Below, piece after piece: positions 37,427-49,489 of a stretch of DNA of 64,000 nt (position 1 is the first letter of the stretch; the number at the start of each line of letters is the position of its first letter). Source of the stretch: Leptogorgia sarmentosa (lineage: Eukaryota); contig OZ210885.1 of assembly GCA_964658305.1 (NCBI GenBank), positions 21,700,001 to 21,764,000 of the forward strand. The letters are read 5' to 3'. The notes below the pieces were generated by a model. That model had not been told where the DNA came from, ran no database searches, and saw only the letters and a list, made by a program, of their open reading frames with translations. The position numbers and the translations under genes are program-made.

Positions 37427-37529
37427 TGTCTTGACTGTTGAATCTTTGAACTTTAATTCATTATAATATGCTCTGGTCATCCATTGAGCACTCTACCAAC
37501 GGTTATTACTACATTATCCATTGTATATA

Positions 37530-38371
37530 CAGGGTGTATAAAAAAAAGCGCAATCCTACGTTCAAATGCAATTTTCATAACGAAAAGTATTGGAAACTAG
37601 GCTATATTTACCACCGTTAGAAAGCTCTATCATTCCGCTTTCTTAAGACTGCTTGTTTGTTAAATTTGAGTTGGAAATGAGCGAGTAGTGATATTTTTAG
37701 TAAGTTTGATTGGACAATTTAAAATGTGAGATTTGAATTTAAATTTTGAAAATTTTATTTAAATTTTGAATTTATTGAAAATTTAACTTTAGTTGGTTAC
37801 AATCATTCAACGTGGCCTGGCCTTTCTCACCACACACAAATCACTTCGACGTTGCATTTCCCATGCAACTCTTCTTATTAGTTCATGATTTCCATGTAAA
37901 GCATCTGCTTCAAGCTTTATCTGCCGGTATTTAAGTACGTTACGCCAAACGGTCGTCGAATTTGGGACTTGTCGATCCGGGAAAGCTATTCGAAACAATC
38001 TTAAAACTTCCTGAATACTTTTTGTTACAAAGTAACCTTCAACAATAAAAGTTATTTCTGCTGTAGTGAGCTGTGGCATGATGCCTAAGACTTTAAAATT
38101 ATTTCGCGAAAATATTTCAAACAAAATATTCGCCTGCAACGATAACGTCCCCTTCGGAATTAAGAACGTCGAATTCGAAGCATCTAAAAATGACTGCTTG
38201 CAGTAAATCACTTATTTTGAAGTCCTAAATGGCCTAAAAAGTCACAATCGACCACTTATTGAGTAGAAAAAAGATAGGGCTAAAACATGAACTAAAAGTT
38301 AAGACATGGAAATCTATATTATTTTGGTTATAAAGCCTTAAACTTGGATTGCGTTTTTTTTATACACCCTG
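37530..38371 (-). mobile_element. Tc1/mariner internal-deletion derivative
   Basis: TIRs CAGGGTGTATAAAAAAAA(A/G)CGCAATCC, flanked by TA. ORF 37807..38211 fuses a DUF4817-like HTH start (FIVEGYFVTKSIQEV...F...FPDR..P) to a transposase C-terminus. Confidence 0.88.
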
Positions 38372-38464
38372 TATATATATATATATATAGTGTCCCACAA
38401 TCTGTGAGGCATCGGACACGACTCATAATGAGCCTTGTTTGTTCCTGAAACTCATCTGCACTAC

Positions 38465-38483
38465 ATATATATATAATATATAT

Positions 38484-38562
<79 letters not shown>
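38465..38562. repeat. (TA)n microsatellite
   Basis: Direct reading of the sequence. Confidence 0.97.
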
Positions 38563-38563
<1 letters not shown>

Positions 38564-38565
<2 letters not shown>

Positions 38566-39400
38566 TAGTAGAATCATACTCGTATACTATTGCAAATGCT
38601 GCAATTTGATTGGCTACTCTACTCGCTATCTATTCCTCGATAGATAGCGAGTAGCAAAATATGTGAATTTTCGTTCAAGAAAATGTCTTCTGAGACACGG
38701 TTTTAAATTATTTTTTGCAATATATTTACATGTTTGATCTCTGATTCTACTAAAACAATTAGATTACTCGCTCTCGATTTCTACAAGATGATAGTTCATT
38801 CGGGCTTCGCCCTCATCAACTATCACCTCATAGAAATCTCGAGCTCGTAATCTAATTGTTAAATATATTTATTATATAGACAAGCACTATATATGAGATA
38901 TTCTGTAATCTGATTGGCTGAGCTACTCACTAGCTATTACTTCATATATAGTGAGTAGGACGAATTAATTATCTCACTTAAGTGAGCTTAAAACAAAATG
39001 GCTGAAAATGGCTGGGCGTTCCCCTCAAATCAATGATTTTAATAAATTTTATAATGTTCGCCTTTTGTCTATATAACAAAAGCTCATATACGACTCGAGC
39101 TCATGGTATAATTGTTAAATATATATTAAATATCACAAGAAGTAGTATGTGAACTCAAAACGGTTAAATACAGCGAGTCCGAGACTCCGAGTTGTCTATG
39201 AGTATGAGCCTATGTAGTCAACGATGACGAGTTGTCTAACTGTTCTAGTATACACCAATATTATACCATTCCCTTTAGTATGCACTCATGTTTAAGAATC
39301 AGTTAATTCAATGAACAAATCGTTCGGAAACATCCAGCAAACTGCCCGAATTCACAACGGTTGAGTAGCCGATCAGAATGCAGGATTTCTTATAGACCAT
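38564..39400. mobile_element. Cluster of short non-coding hairpin-ended elements (Crypton-like non-autonomous)
   Basis: TGATTGG motif near one end and TAATTGTTAAATA at the other (38853-38865, ~39109-39121). Long imperfect hairpin at 38754-38860 capped by GGGC-TTC-GCCC. Confidence 0.5.
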
Positions 39401-39738
39401 GCATGATATTTCTAATCAATGATCAGATTATTCAGGTAGCTATATTATTTAATGTACACCCTACCACCTGATGTACACTAAAGGAACTCATCTGATATTG
39501 GTTCTTAAAAATGGAAATGCAATAGTTGCCATAGCAATGTCAGTTCAGAAATAATTTTTTCTAGTTGTTGGTTTACTAAAATAAAGTGTTCTTTCTCTTA
39601 ATATCAATATGTACAGTATATGTCCAAAAAAATAATGTAACATGTTCCTTAATTTGTTCAACAATTAAAAAATAATTAATCAACTAATTAATAATTCATT
39701 GTTTTTTTGTTGAGTATAGCTGTTACAATTTTTTCTAG

Positions 39739-40990
39739 ATACAGAACAGAAAATCATAGAGAGTTATTTTCATCTTGGTTATAACTATCATCTTATAACA
39801 TGTTTGCTTAAAAATGAGCATGACATAAATATGAGTGTCAGAACTCTAAAACGGCAACTAAAGGCTTACAATTTGTCAAAACAAACAGAAAATATTTGTG
39901 AAGAGCAAGTAAGGGACATAATACAGGGTGAAATGAGAGGTAGTGGATGCTTGGCTGGCTACCGAAAGATGTGGCATATTCTAAAGTTTAAACATCACTT
40001 GCATGTGCCATGAAAACTTGTAGAAAGGCTCAATAAAGAACTAGACCCAGAAGCAAGCAATTTGAGAAGGAATAGAAGACTTAAGAGACATCAGTATTTG
40101 TCAAATGGTCCTAACCAATGCTGGCATATTGATGGTATGTTGTGTGTTATATCACATGTTGTGTGCAAAGTAACATCAAACACCATGACCAATTCCAGGT
40201 TAGTACATATTTTTCTGTACAGATTAAGCAAGTGCACTCAGTATACTTTTTGTCTGTCAGCATATGACAAGCTAAAACCATTTGGCTTCCCAATACATGG
40301 AGCCATTGATGGTTACAGCAGGAATGTGCTATGGTTATCAAATCAAACAACTCACCACAAAGTGTTGCACAGTTTTATTTGCAATGTGTGAGAGAAAGTG
40401 ATGGGTGCCCGCTACAGACAAGAACAGACTGTGGAACAGAAAATGGGATAATTGCTGGAGCACAATGTTTCTTCCGAGCTGAGGACAATGGACCATTTAA
40501 CGGAGAACAAGCACATGTTTTTGGTACTTCTCCCCATAACCAGAGGATTGAAAACTGGTGGTCGCACTGAAAAAATACCTCTACAAATTGGTGGATTCAG
40601 TTTTTTAGAGACATGTTTGATAATGATATAAACCAGCTGAGTTTAGCAGATGAATATACACAAGAATGCCTGTTTCAATGGCATTTTACAAAATTCACTT
40701 GATGAAGTAAAATTCTACTGGAATACACACCACATAAGACCTTCCCGTCATGAAACTGTCGGTGGAGTTCCAAATATCCTTTATGCAATACCAGAAGAAT
40801 TTTGTGCACATGACTGTCTTGTGCATGTTTCAGAGGAAAAGATACGGGAAATTGAACAACATTGCTATAGCGATGAAGCGGAAAATATTTTTAAAAATAC
40901 TTTCATTACCTAATGGATTTGCAAGGGCTGCAATTCCCTACAAACCACGAAGAAGCATCAGAGTTATTCCAGGTTCTCAGGACATATAAT
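39739..40990 (+). pseudogene. Integrase-core (IS3EU-like) DDE transposase C, divergent subfamily
   Basis: YFHLGY...MSVRTLKRQL, GYRKMW, GPNQCWHID, intron 40135-40260, YDKLKPFGFPIHGAIDGYSR, RTDCGTENG, SPHNQRIENWW, WNTHHIRPS. Confidence 0.88.
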
Positions 40991-41195
40991 AATCATATTG
41001 ATGTTCAATTACTTGTTAACATTTTCTAAAAACTGCAAAAAAACACAAGATTTATGAAGTTTTTACGTAGAAAAATTAGAGAAAATTAATGGTCCACGAT
41101 GCTAACACGGTTTTTAAGCATTGTAATGTTATATCGTAAGATCTTGGTTCACTCATACTCAGGTCCGTAGCGAGGGGGGGTATTGGGGGGGGGCT

Positions 41196-44100
41196 TGTTC
41201 TGGCTGTTCGGCCTCGCTTAGGGGCTATCTTAGTTGCCATAGGCAACCCGTTGCGGGGGGTCAAGCACGTTTATATTAGTTCAAGGCGATGTAGAAGCAT
41301 TCTCTTTTTACCACATACAATTTGCATAATAAAATTCGTTTTCGTTAAGTGGTGGTTCTACTGCTGATGAAGGATCTCCCAAGCGGGGGTCCGAAGTATC
41401 AGAACAGTAAAAAGAGATAAAAAAGAAGCGAACATCGTCAGAACGGCAAAGGTTGTATAAGCAAATCGTATTGACATCGTCGTGTATTCTTGTAAACAAA
41501 GCATTCGTAGTATGGCTACTAACGCTACGAATGGCAGTAAAAGCACCGAATATGGTTTAGTCGTCGAAGGAAACATGGATGAACCGATTAACATCGAACA
41601 AAGCGGGGAAATTCGACAAGATGGCGGTTTAGAACAGGTTCTAGACAAAAATACGAAAAGTTCGCATGTAGGCTCAGACATATGACGTCAACGCTCAAAA
41701 TGTCGAAGAAGATACAGAAATGGTAGAGAGTCAGAGTCTTCTAACGAGACCAAAAAGACACGTGAAGCCTTCGCTGAAATCCGTTCAAAACCGAATACAA
41801 ACGGAGCAAATTGTGGGAAAAGGTACAATGTGATATATGCCTTTTCGGTCTCCTCCGCTACATTACGTGCACAAGGCGAAGCCGCTGCAGCGATCAAGAA
41901 AGCCGAAATGCAAAAGAAGCGGTCTGAGATAGAGTCTCAATGGGCAATGCGAATTCAAGAGCAAGAGCTGGCATTATCGCGAAGAAAAATGAAAGAAAAG
42001 GCGCAACTAGAACAACTACGTCTCGAAGAAGAAGCGGCAATCGCCGTCGCTAAAGTCACAGCCATAGAGGACGAGTTGGGTATCTCGGAACAGCGAGGAA
42101 TAGATCTACCTGAGGAAACCGTAAACGAGAGAGTAAAAGATTACCTTGATAACCAATGTGAACCAGGACTGACCCACGTTGATCATCAACCCACCGGCGC
42201 CGGAGATCAAGTTATTCCACCACCTCATGCAAGCCCAGTTCCACTGCAATCAGAATGCGTCACCCGACCAGTTCAACTCCTGAACCCCAGCACAAACGAG
42301 TTCCAGCCAGCAACCCACCATATCGGTTCTCACCCGAATCCAAGTCAAGATACTATGAAGTCATACATCAAATTTATGGCACGTCGGGAGGTTGTGGCCA
42401 ATAAGACAGAAAAGTTCGATGATAAGCCAGCGAACTATCACATTTGGAAAGAATCCTTTCGGAATATGACTAGAGGCATTAACATCACGCCCAGCGAGGA
42501 ACTTTCGCTAATAACAGAACACACCACCAACAACTCGAAAAGACTTGTACAACAACTGCGCGGTGCCTATATCCGAAATCCAGAAAAGGGTTTGATTGAA
42601 GTGTGGAAGCGTTCCCAAAGATTGGATATAGGGACGCCAAAAAACTGCAAGAGCTAGGTGACCTCCTGCTAGAGTTGGAATGCGCCAAAAGTGACGGTAG
42701 CCTTCAGGGCCTAAGGGTCCTTGACGAGCCAATGTACCTCAGACCAGTCGTCGTCAAGTTACCAGGGGACGTACAAGGCCGATGGCAATGCCATGCTTTC
42801 CGTTATAAGACAGGGCATAGAGTAGACTATCCACCCTTTGAAGAATTCGCGAAATTCATTCAAGACCTGGCGCTGGAAAAAACCGACCCAAATCTCGTTT
42901 TAGACGTTCCCGACGACTCGCCCCCAAAACACCATAATCCGAGACCAAGACGAACTTACAGGACCGAGATAACCGACGAGCAACACAACCCCGAGAAGTC
43001 ATTGACCTATGATCCGACGAGATGGTGTGTCCTCCACGAAAAGCCACATCCGCTAGCTAAATGCAGAGCCCTTCGGAGCAAACCAATCAAGGAAAGAAAG
43101 AATCTGATAAGAAAGAATCGGATATGCTATCATTGTGTCGCCTCAACGAGCCATCTGGCCAAGGACTGTTGCAGTACCATCAAGTGCTCAGAATGCCAAA
43201 GCGAGAAACATCTAGCTGCCATGCATGCTGGAAGGCCAACAGAACAAAAGAAAGAAGAAGTTAAGGATGCCAGTCCTGAAAACAACCAAAACCAGGAAGG
43301 GGAAGATAAGAGCAAATGTGGCCCACCAAGTCATGGCGGGGAGACCACGGCCACTGCAAAGTGCACGGAACTTTGCGGCATACGGGGGATGGTCATGCTC
43401 AAAAATAAGCCTGGCTAACGTTTACATCAAGGACCATCCAGAGAAGAAAATTAGAACTTATGTAGTCATTGATGACCAGAGCAACTGTTCACTTGCCAAA
43501 CCACAACTGTTCGAACTGTTAAACATAGACGGGGCTCACACCTCATATACCTTGAAAACGTGCGCTGGAACATCTAAGTTAGAAGGAAGATGCGTCGAGA
43601 ACCTGGTGATCGAATCGTTGGATGGGCGGAAGGTGCACACGCTTCCTTCGATAATAGAGTGTGACGCAATACCGGACAGTAAGGAAGAGATCCCGACACC
43701 AGCTGTGGGCAAAGCACACCCTCATCTCAAAGAAATTGCCAACAAGATCCCAGAAATCGACCCGGAAGCCGACATACTCCTGTTGGTAGGGAGAAACGTG
43801 CCGCAGTTACATAAAGTGCACGAATCGCGAAATAGGAAAGGCGCTTCTCCGTGGGCACAGCGGTTGGATCTCGGATGGGTGATCCTGGGTAAAGTTTGTC
43901 TCGATGGTGCTCACGCACCCAACGACATGTCTTCTTACCGGACGCATGTTCTACCAAACGGACGACCCTTGATCCTGGAGCCTTGTGCAAATGCCTTCGT
44001 GGTCAAACGAACGCCAGTTAACGGCTGTGGAGCTGAACAGAAAGAGCAATTTGTCAGCGGTCACTTCGAAGACGGACTAGCAAAGAACGTTTTCGTACGC

Positions 44101-44292
44101 ACAGAAGACGACGACAGACCCGGATTGTCAGTCGAAGACAGAAAGTTCGTCGACATCATGGAAAGTGACATGGAAAAGAACGATGCAGGAAATTGGGTTG
44201 CGCCGCTGCAATTTTACGAGTAGGTGGTCGTCTCGAACGGGGAGATCTTACGAGCGAAGAGAAGCACCCAGTCATACTACCAGGCAAACATT
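41196..44292 (+). mobile_element. Truncated, internally deleted BEL/Pao element (5' LTR 41196-41406, gag, protease)
   Basis: LTR TGTTCTG...CAGAACA; KFDDKPANY..WK..F, YPPFEEF, CVLH..HPLAKC, CYHC, C..C..H; VIDDQSNCSL protease. Jumps from NWVAPL to LRVGGRL...KHPVILP and ends. Confidence 0.85.
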
Positions 44293-44482
44293 TGAAGGCG
44301 CACAAACATATTGGCTTCAAAGTTGCGGGGGCACCAGATAATCCATTTCAGGTAGGTTTGATCTTTAATTATGGACAGCCAACACATATATTGATATTTA
44401 TACTTAAATCATAAGTATAAATTTCTATAATGCAAATTTACTCTCAAATGCAGCAAATGGTCCATTAATTTGGTTTCTAACA

Positions 44483-47151
44483 GGCACAGGTTGCCAAATC
44501 TAAAGCGGGTAGCACTGCGGAAACAAAACCCACAACTACCAATGTGCAAACACCTGAAGAAGACGATGTACAGGAAACCGTCCCTTCTACGTCCGTGACT
44601 GAAGACTCTGAAGAAGCAGTTTTATCCTCGGCTTCTTCCGCGTATGATTGTGTGACAACAGGATCTGATCAAACGACTTCAACGACTATGTCTATTGTGC
44701 CTGACTTAATGGAATTTGACGAATCCGCATGTGACCCCAGATCCACAACGCCTACAAAAAATCCTAATGGGAAAGAACGAGGTAACTCTGATGATGAATG
44801 TAAATTTTTGAGACAATTCTGATGATGAGCTGATAACTGAAGTCGATTGGGTGCAATGTGCTGGTCAGATGGGCTCTCTTATCAGTCAGAAATGCAAATG
44901 TTGTTCCAAATCACAAAATATTTTTAATTGATGCAAAAGAAGCAGCGATCTCCTGCAAAAAAATGGCAATCAGGCTGCAACCTGATCCTGTCCCGATAGA
45001 TCCAGGGCTTAGACCTTTGATTACGACAAAGCGACAAAGGTTGTATTTAACTCAAATTGGTCTGCAACAACCCAAGCTTTTCAATTATCTGTCAAATGAA
45101 GATATCACGTCAAGCAACAAACAAAATAGTTTCACGGCTGTCTGGTTTTCGCAGTATCCGTTTTTGGAATACAGTACTGAAAAGGATGCGGCTTTTTGTT
45201 TTGTTTGCCAAATGTTCCCGAAAGGTATAGATCGAGAACGATCGACGCAAAATTGGTGTTGCACTGGAGTTAGAAAATGGGACAAGATGAAAAGCAGAGG
45301 AGCAGGGAATCCCGGAAAACTTTCTGAACACTTCTCGTCAAAGGCACACAACGCAGCGTTTCTAGACTATGTCCACTTCATGAGTAATAATTCTCAATCT
45401 CATGTTGATTCTTTGCTTGACTCGGAAGTTCGTGCTAAAGCCGTTCAGTTGCAGGAAGATAAGGAAAACAACAGAGCTATTATAAAACTGATGATTGACC
45501 TTTGTCGTACAATGGCAAGGCATATCTTTTCGGGGCACACAATCAGACGCTGATAGCAATTTTGTCCAGCTTCTTTCCTTCACGTCAAGGCATTGTCCAA
45601 AGTTAAAACAGTGGATGGATAACAAACACAATAGGGCATACAAAGTTACCTACACCAGCCCACAGTCACAGAACGAGTTCCTTTCTCTATTAGGTATGGA
45701 AGTAAAGGAACAAATAACCAAAGACATCAATGACGTTAACCATAAAGATCAAATGAGCATTATCTGCAGGTACGTAGATCACGACGGAGCTGTTCATGAA
45801 CGTCTTCTTGACCAGAAAGAAGTTCGAGAAAAGACCGGAGAAGGTCAAGCCACCGCTATTATTCAATCAGTAGACCAAAACGGATTAGACAATAGGGACA
45901 TCGCTTTCCAATTGTACGATTTCACGAACAGTATGTCTGGAAAATACAATGGTGCACAAGCAGTTGTCTCACGGTTACTCAACAGCGAAGTACCATACAT
46001 ACCATGCCAAGGCCATCGTTCTAATACCGTCAATGAACATGCTTGTGATGCTAGTCCAATAGTATCCGAGCTATTTGATACTCTCCAAGCGACATATTCC
46101 TTTTTCTTCGGCAGTACAATGCGGTATGCTGTCTTGCATGATGAACTTCAAAGTGTCGAGAACTCGCTAATACTAAGAAACCTTTCTCTTACAAGATGGA
46201 CAGCACGAGCGGAATCTCTCCGAGCAATGTGGATATCGTATGAAGCCGTGATCGAAGTTCTAAGGAAAATTTCAAATGATGGTTCTGTTGACGCAAAAGG
46301 AAAAGCTGCTGCAACTGGTCTGCTGGCTAAAGTTCTCCGGGTTGACTTTGTGGTCAGTTTAATGTTCATGAGGATTATTCTCTGGAAAACGAAAGTTCTC
46401 ACGGAATCACTACAGAAAGAAGATTTGAATATCGTTGATGCTTTAGAAGCGTTGACTGGTACAGTAAAATCTTTGCAGGACATAAGAAAGGATGATGAGG
46501 GAATTGCAAATCAGATTCAAGCTTCAGCTGACGTGCTATCAGGAAAGGACATGGATGCTGCCGGTGAATTTGCAAAGCTGCATCGGCCATGCAGTCGACC
46601 ACGCCGTTTGGATGATAACAGAGAATTTAAAGAAGTTCTGGATATTCTAATCGCACAGTACAAGGGCAATATAAATGCAAGTTTGGAGAAAATGAAAGCA
46701 CTTTCCAGAGTTCCCACCACCGCTGAGTTCCCATCATGAAGAAAAAGATGTGAAAGATCTTCTCAATTTATTCCCGCTTCAAGCACCAGACCAAGCTGCG
46801 TTAACTGCTGAATTCGAAGTTTTTGTTAATGTGGTTATGAATGAAACAAATGCAAATCATATCCAGTCATGGGCAGATGCTGCCAAAGAGGCTGAGAAGC
46901 GAAAACACATTTTCCCGTTGACCAGTCAGGTTTACAAACTCGCCCTGACAGCTCCCGTGACAGTGGCAGGAAATGAAAGAACGTTCAGTAAGCTGAAGAC
47001 TGTGAAAACCGCTTTGCGCAATTCCATGTCAGATCATCGCTTACAAAATCTCATTTTGTTAACCAGCGAAAAAGATATTACTGACAGTGTGGACATAGAC
47101 ATGCTAGTTGATAAATGGTTTATGAAAACTAACCGAAGAATAAATTTGTGA
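44483..47151 (+). pseudogene. hAT transposase (ZMYM1-like)
   Basis: WFSQYPFLEYS..KDAAFCFVC, QGISFRG, YTSPQSQNE, YDFTNSMSGKYNG, PCQGHRSN, LSLTRW, PVTVAGNERTFSKLK; frameshifts. Confidence 0.9.
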
Positions 47152-47789
47152 CATTTGTCATGTCTGCATGAATGGCGTTTTCATTTCGTGGAAACGTTAG
47201 TGAACATATGCAATTGCTGCCGCAATAAACAATAGCCATTATGGCATTGTTGTGAAACTTATTACATTTTTACTTCATCATTAATTTTATGTAATTATGA
47301 AGTCAGGGGCTGCGGAACAGAGGGGCAATAGGGGCAAGTAAAAAAGGTTAGGTTAAAGTAAAAAAGGGCCTTTTTCTGGGCTACAGTTTTCTGGGCCATT
47401 TGAAATTTGATTTTGGTCATATACAAAAGTTCCCCCTTTCGTCAATGCCACAGTGCCACTACACAATCTAAATGCTTCTGCGGCCTCTCTGATTATGATA
47501 GATTGGTATTCTGGGTGCGACTAATAAAAAATGGCTTTTATTAATATCTACATAATTTATTGCTTCGTCCAGATAGTAAACACATTCGTGGCTTCGGTAT
47601 GCCATGAAATATTCGGAAATTTTTTTTTGTCATTCGGAAATTTTTGGCCTACACTCCCAACTATAAATGTTTAGCTATGGCCCTGCTCATACCTCTGTAC
47701 TACAGTTACATTGTCTTGAAAGCAAAAATTCAAAAATTAATATCAAAATATATTTAAAGTCAACAGCTATATAATATAGTCCTTTGTGT

Positions 47790-48890
47790 AATGTTAAGAA
47801 ACCTAAACTAGACCATACAAATCCAAAAACAGAGCTTTCTTCCAATGCACTATCCATGATTTCCTCAAAATCTTTCGCATTCTCAAAATGAATGGGTAAG
47901 GTGATGCTGGGGTCACATGTAGAGGCAGTCGGTCTACAACGACACCCAGGCTTACATCCATGTTTAAACTTAATGGTAATATTCTTCTCCAACCCCAGAG
48001 GTGTAACTCTTTTCGTACCAGTTATGAACTGGTATACCATAAAGACTGATCTTGGATGCATCTGTGAAGGCAAAATTAATGTGTGATACTAAATAATTGC
48101 AAGAAACACCGACTGGATAAAATGTAGCATAAACAATGTGTAATAATATTCACTGTTTTTGTTAGTATTGTTTTTTAGTATAATTTCATCAGTAAATGTC
48201 TTTCTAGCATTTTGATTGGTTCTTTCACCAGTAAATATGAGGCATTATTTACTGGCTGAGACTGAGCAGTATAAAAATGCCCCAAAATGGCTCCCAACAG
48301 TCGTTAATAAATTATATGTAAACTGAATTGTATTTGTACTGATGAAATTATACTAAAACAATTATTTACCTCAGTGTCGGTGAACATGGTGTGTATTTAC
48401 ACCGCCACTAATATGCACCGCCACTTCAGTACTAAATAATTGTTAAATATTGAATAGTATTTAAGCGATTTATACTTGCTATGTGAAGACGGTTGGTTAG
48501 GACATGTCAATAGGGAGAGAAAAGTCATTGTCATTATTATCCTAACTGTTAACATTATTATCATACCTTAACTGTTTAGCATGACTATTATTTGTAGGAT
48601 ATACAAATCTGTTCTCATTGCAACCTCTTGCATGTAATCGACTTCTGGTGCCTCTCTGTTACTACCTTCAGGACTACAATCAAGGACATGTGATCAAGCA
48701 TAAGATCAGACGTTACCAAAAATTTCACCGCGCCATCTATAGTTAACAATGGTTCCATGATTTTTTCGTTTTTTTTAGCACAGGCAGAACACTAAAAGCT
48801 TCTAAACCATTTATCAGCTGGTCTATCATTTCAAGCTTTTTGCTCACACCAGTAATGACCATAAATCTACAATCGAAATTATTAAAAAAG
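47790..48890 (-). pseudogene. HECT-type E3 ubiquitin ligase remnant (G2E3-like), last two exons; partner of transposase C
   Basis: Exon ~48600-48890: IDQLINGLEAFSVL...MEPLL...SPEGSNR. Last exon: VYQFITGTKRVTPLGL...IKF...RPTASTCDPSITLP, with catalytic Cys intact. Confidence 0.78.
48172..48449. mobile_element. Short Crypton-like non-autonomous element in HECT intron
   Basis: Internal inverted TTTAGTATAATTTCATCAGTA / TACTGATGAAATTATACTAAA, TGATTGG motif, ends TAATTGTTAAATA. Confidence 0.45.
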
Positions 48891-49489
48891 AATAAATTGC
48901 ATGAATACTAACTGACTACTGTACATGTACTTGATTTGACCATACTGAATAATCCTATATCTTGTCTCCAGTGTTTCCTTGGATGGAATTCCCCTGTACC
49001 ACAGAGTATATACATACAGAGCTGTAACTGTTGTACCCACTATTTTTGTGCGCATGCTCGGCAAGTTACTAGATGCGTGCATCTGATTGGATGACGACCT
49101 GATGACGACTAAATTTAAACTTGCCAAGCATGCGCAGTTGATCATTTTTTGCCGATCACATTGAAAAAAAAGTGGGTACGTGAAAATGCGAGTTTTTTCA
49201 TATTGATTTAGTATAGGTAATAGTTGCACTCGAAACCATACTATTACTTGATAATAATACTATAGAAATGATCGAGACAACATGACAAACATCCAGTGGT
49301 CATAAACCCACGAATTAATTAATTAAATATGTTACTGTAAATCACACAATATTTGTTAATCGTTCAAGGAAAATATATTTAGTACTGCAGTCCGTTGCAG
49401 GTTTTTATTTCATTTTTCGAAATACAATATATAAATTGAAAGTATAACAATTTTTAAAGTGAAATATTCACATAACAAACGTCCGAGAA

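Larger units (their letters stand above)
37198..37520. repeat. Palindrome (~110-bp arms, AT-rich spacer) resembling inverted Penelope-type terminal repeats
   Basis: 37198-37308 is the reverse complement of ~37354-37463; each arm contains a hammerhead motif. Confidence 0.85.
41160..47685 (+). mobile_element. hAT DNA transposon with nested BEL remnant
   Basis: TIRs CAGGTCCGTAGC / GCTATGGCCCTG; TSD CTCATACT (41152-41159) / CTCATACC (47686-47693). Confidence 0.85.

Noticed and set aside
47304..47491. Possible small hAT MITE (CAGGGGCTGCGGAAC...CTTCTGCGGCCTCTCTG)
   Set aside because: TIRs are weak and no convincing TSD was found.
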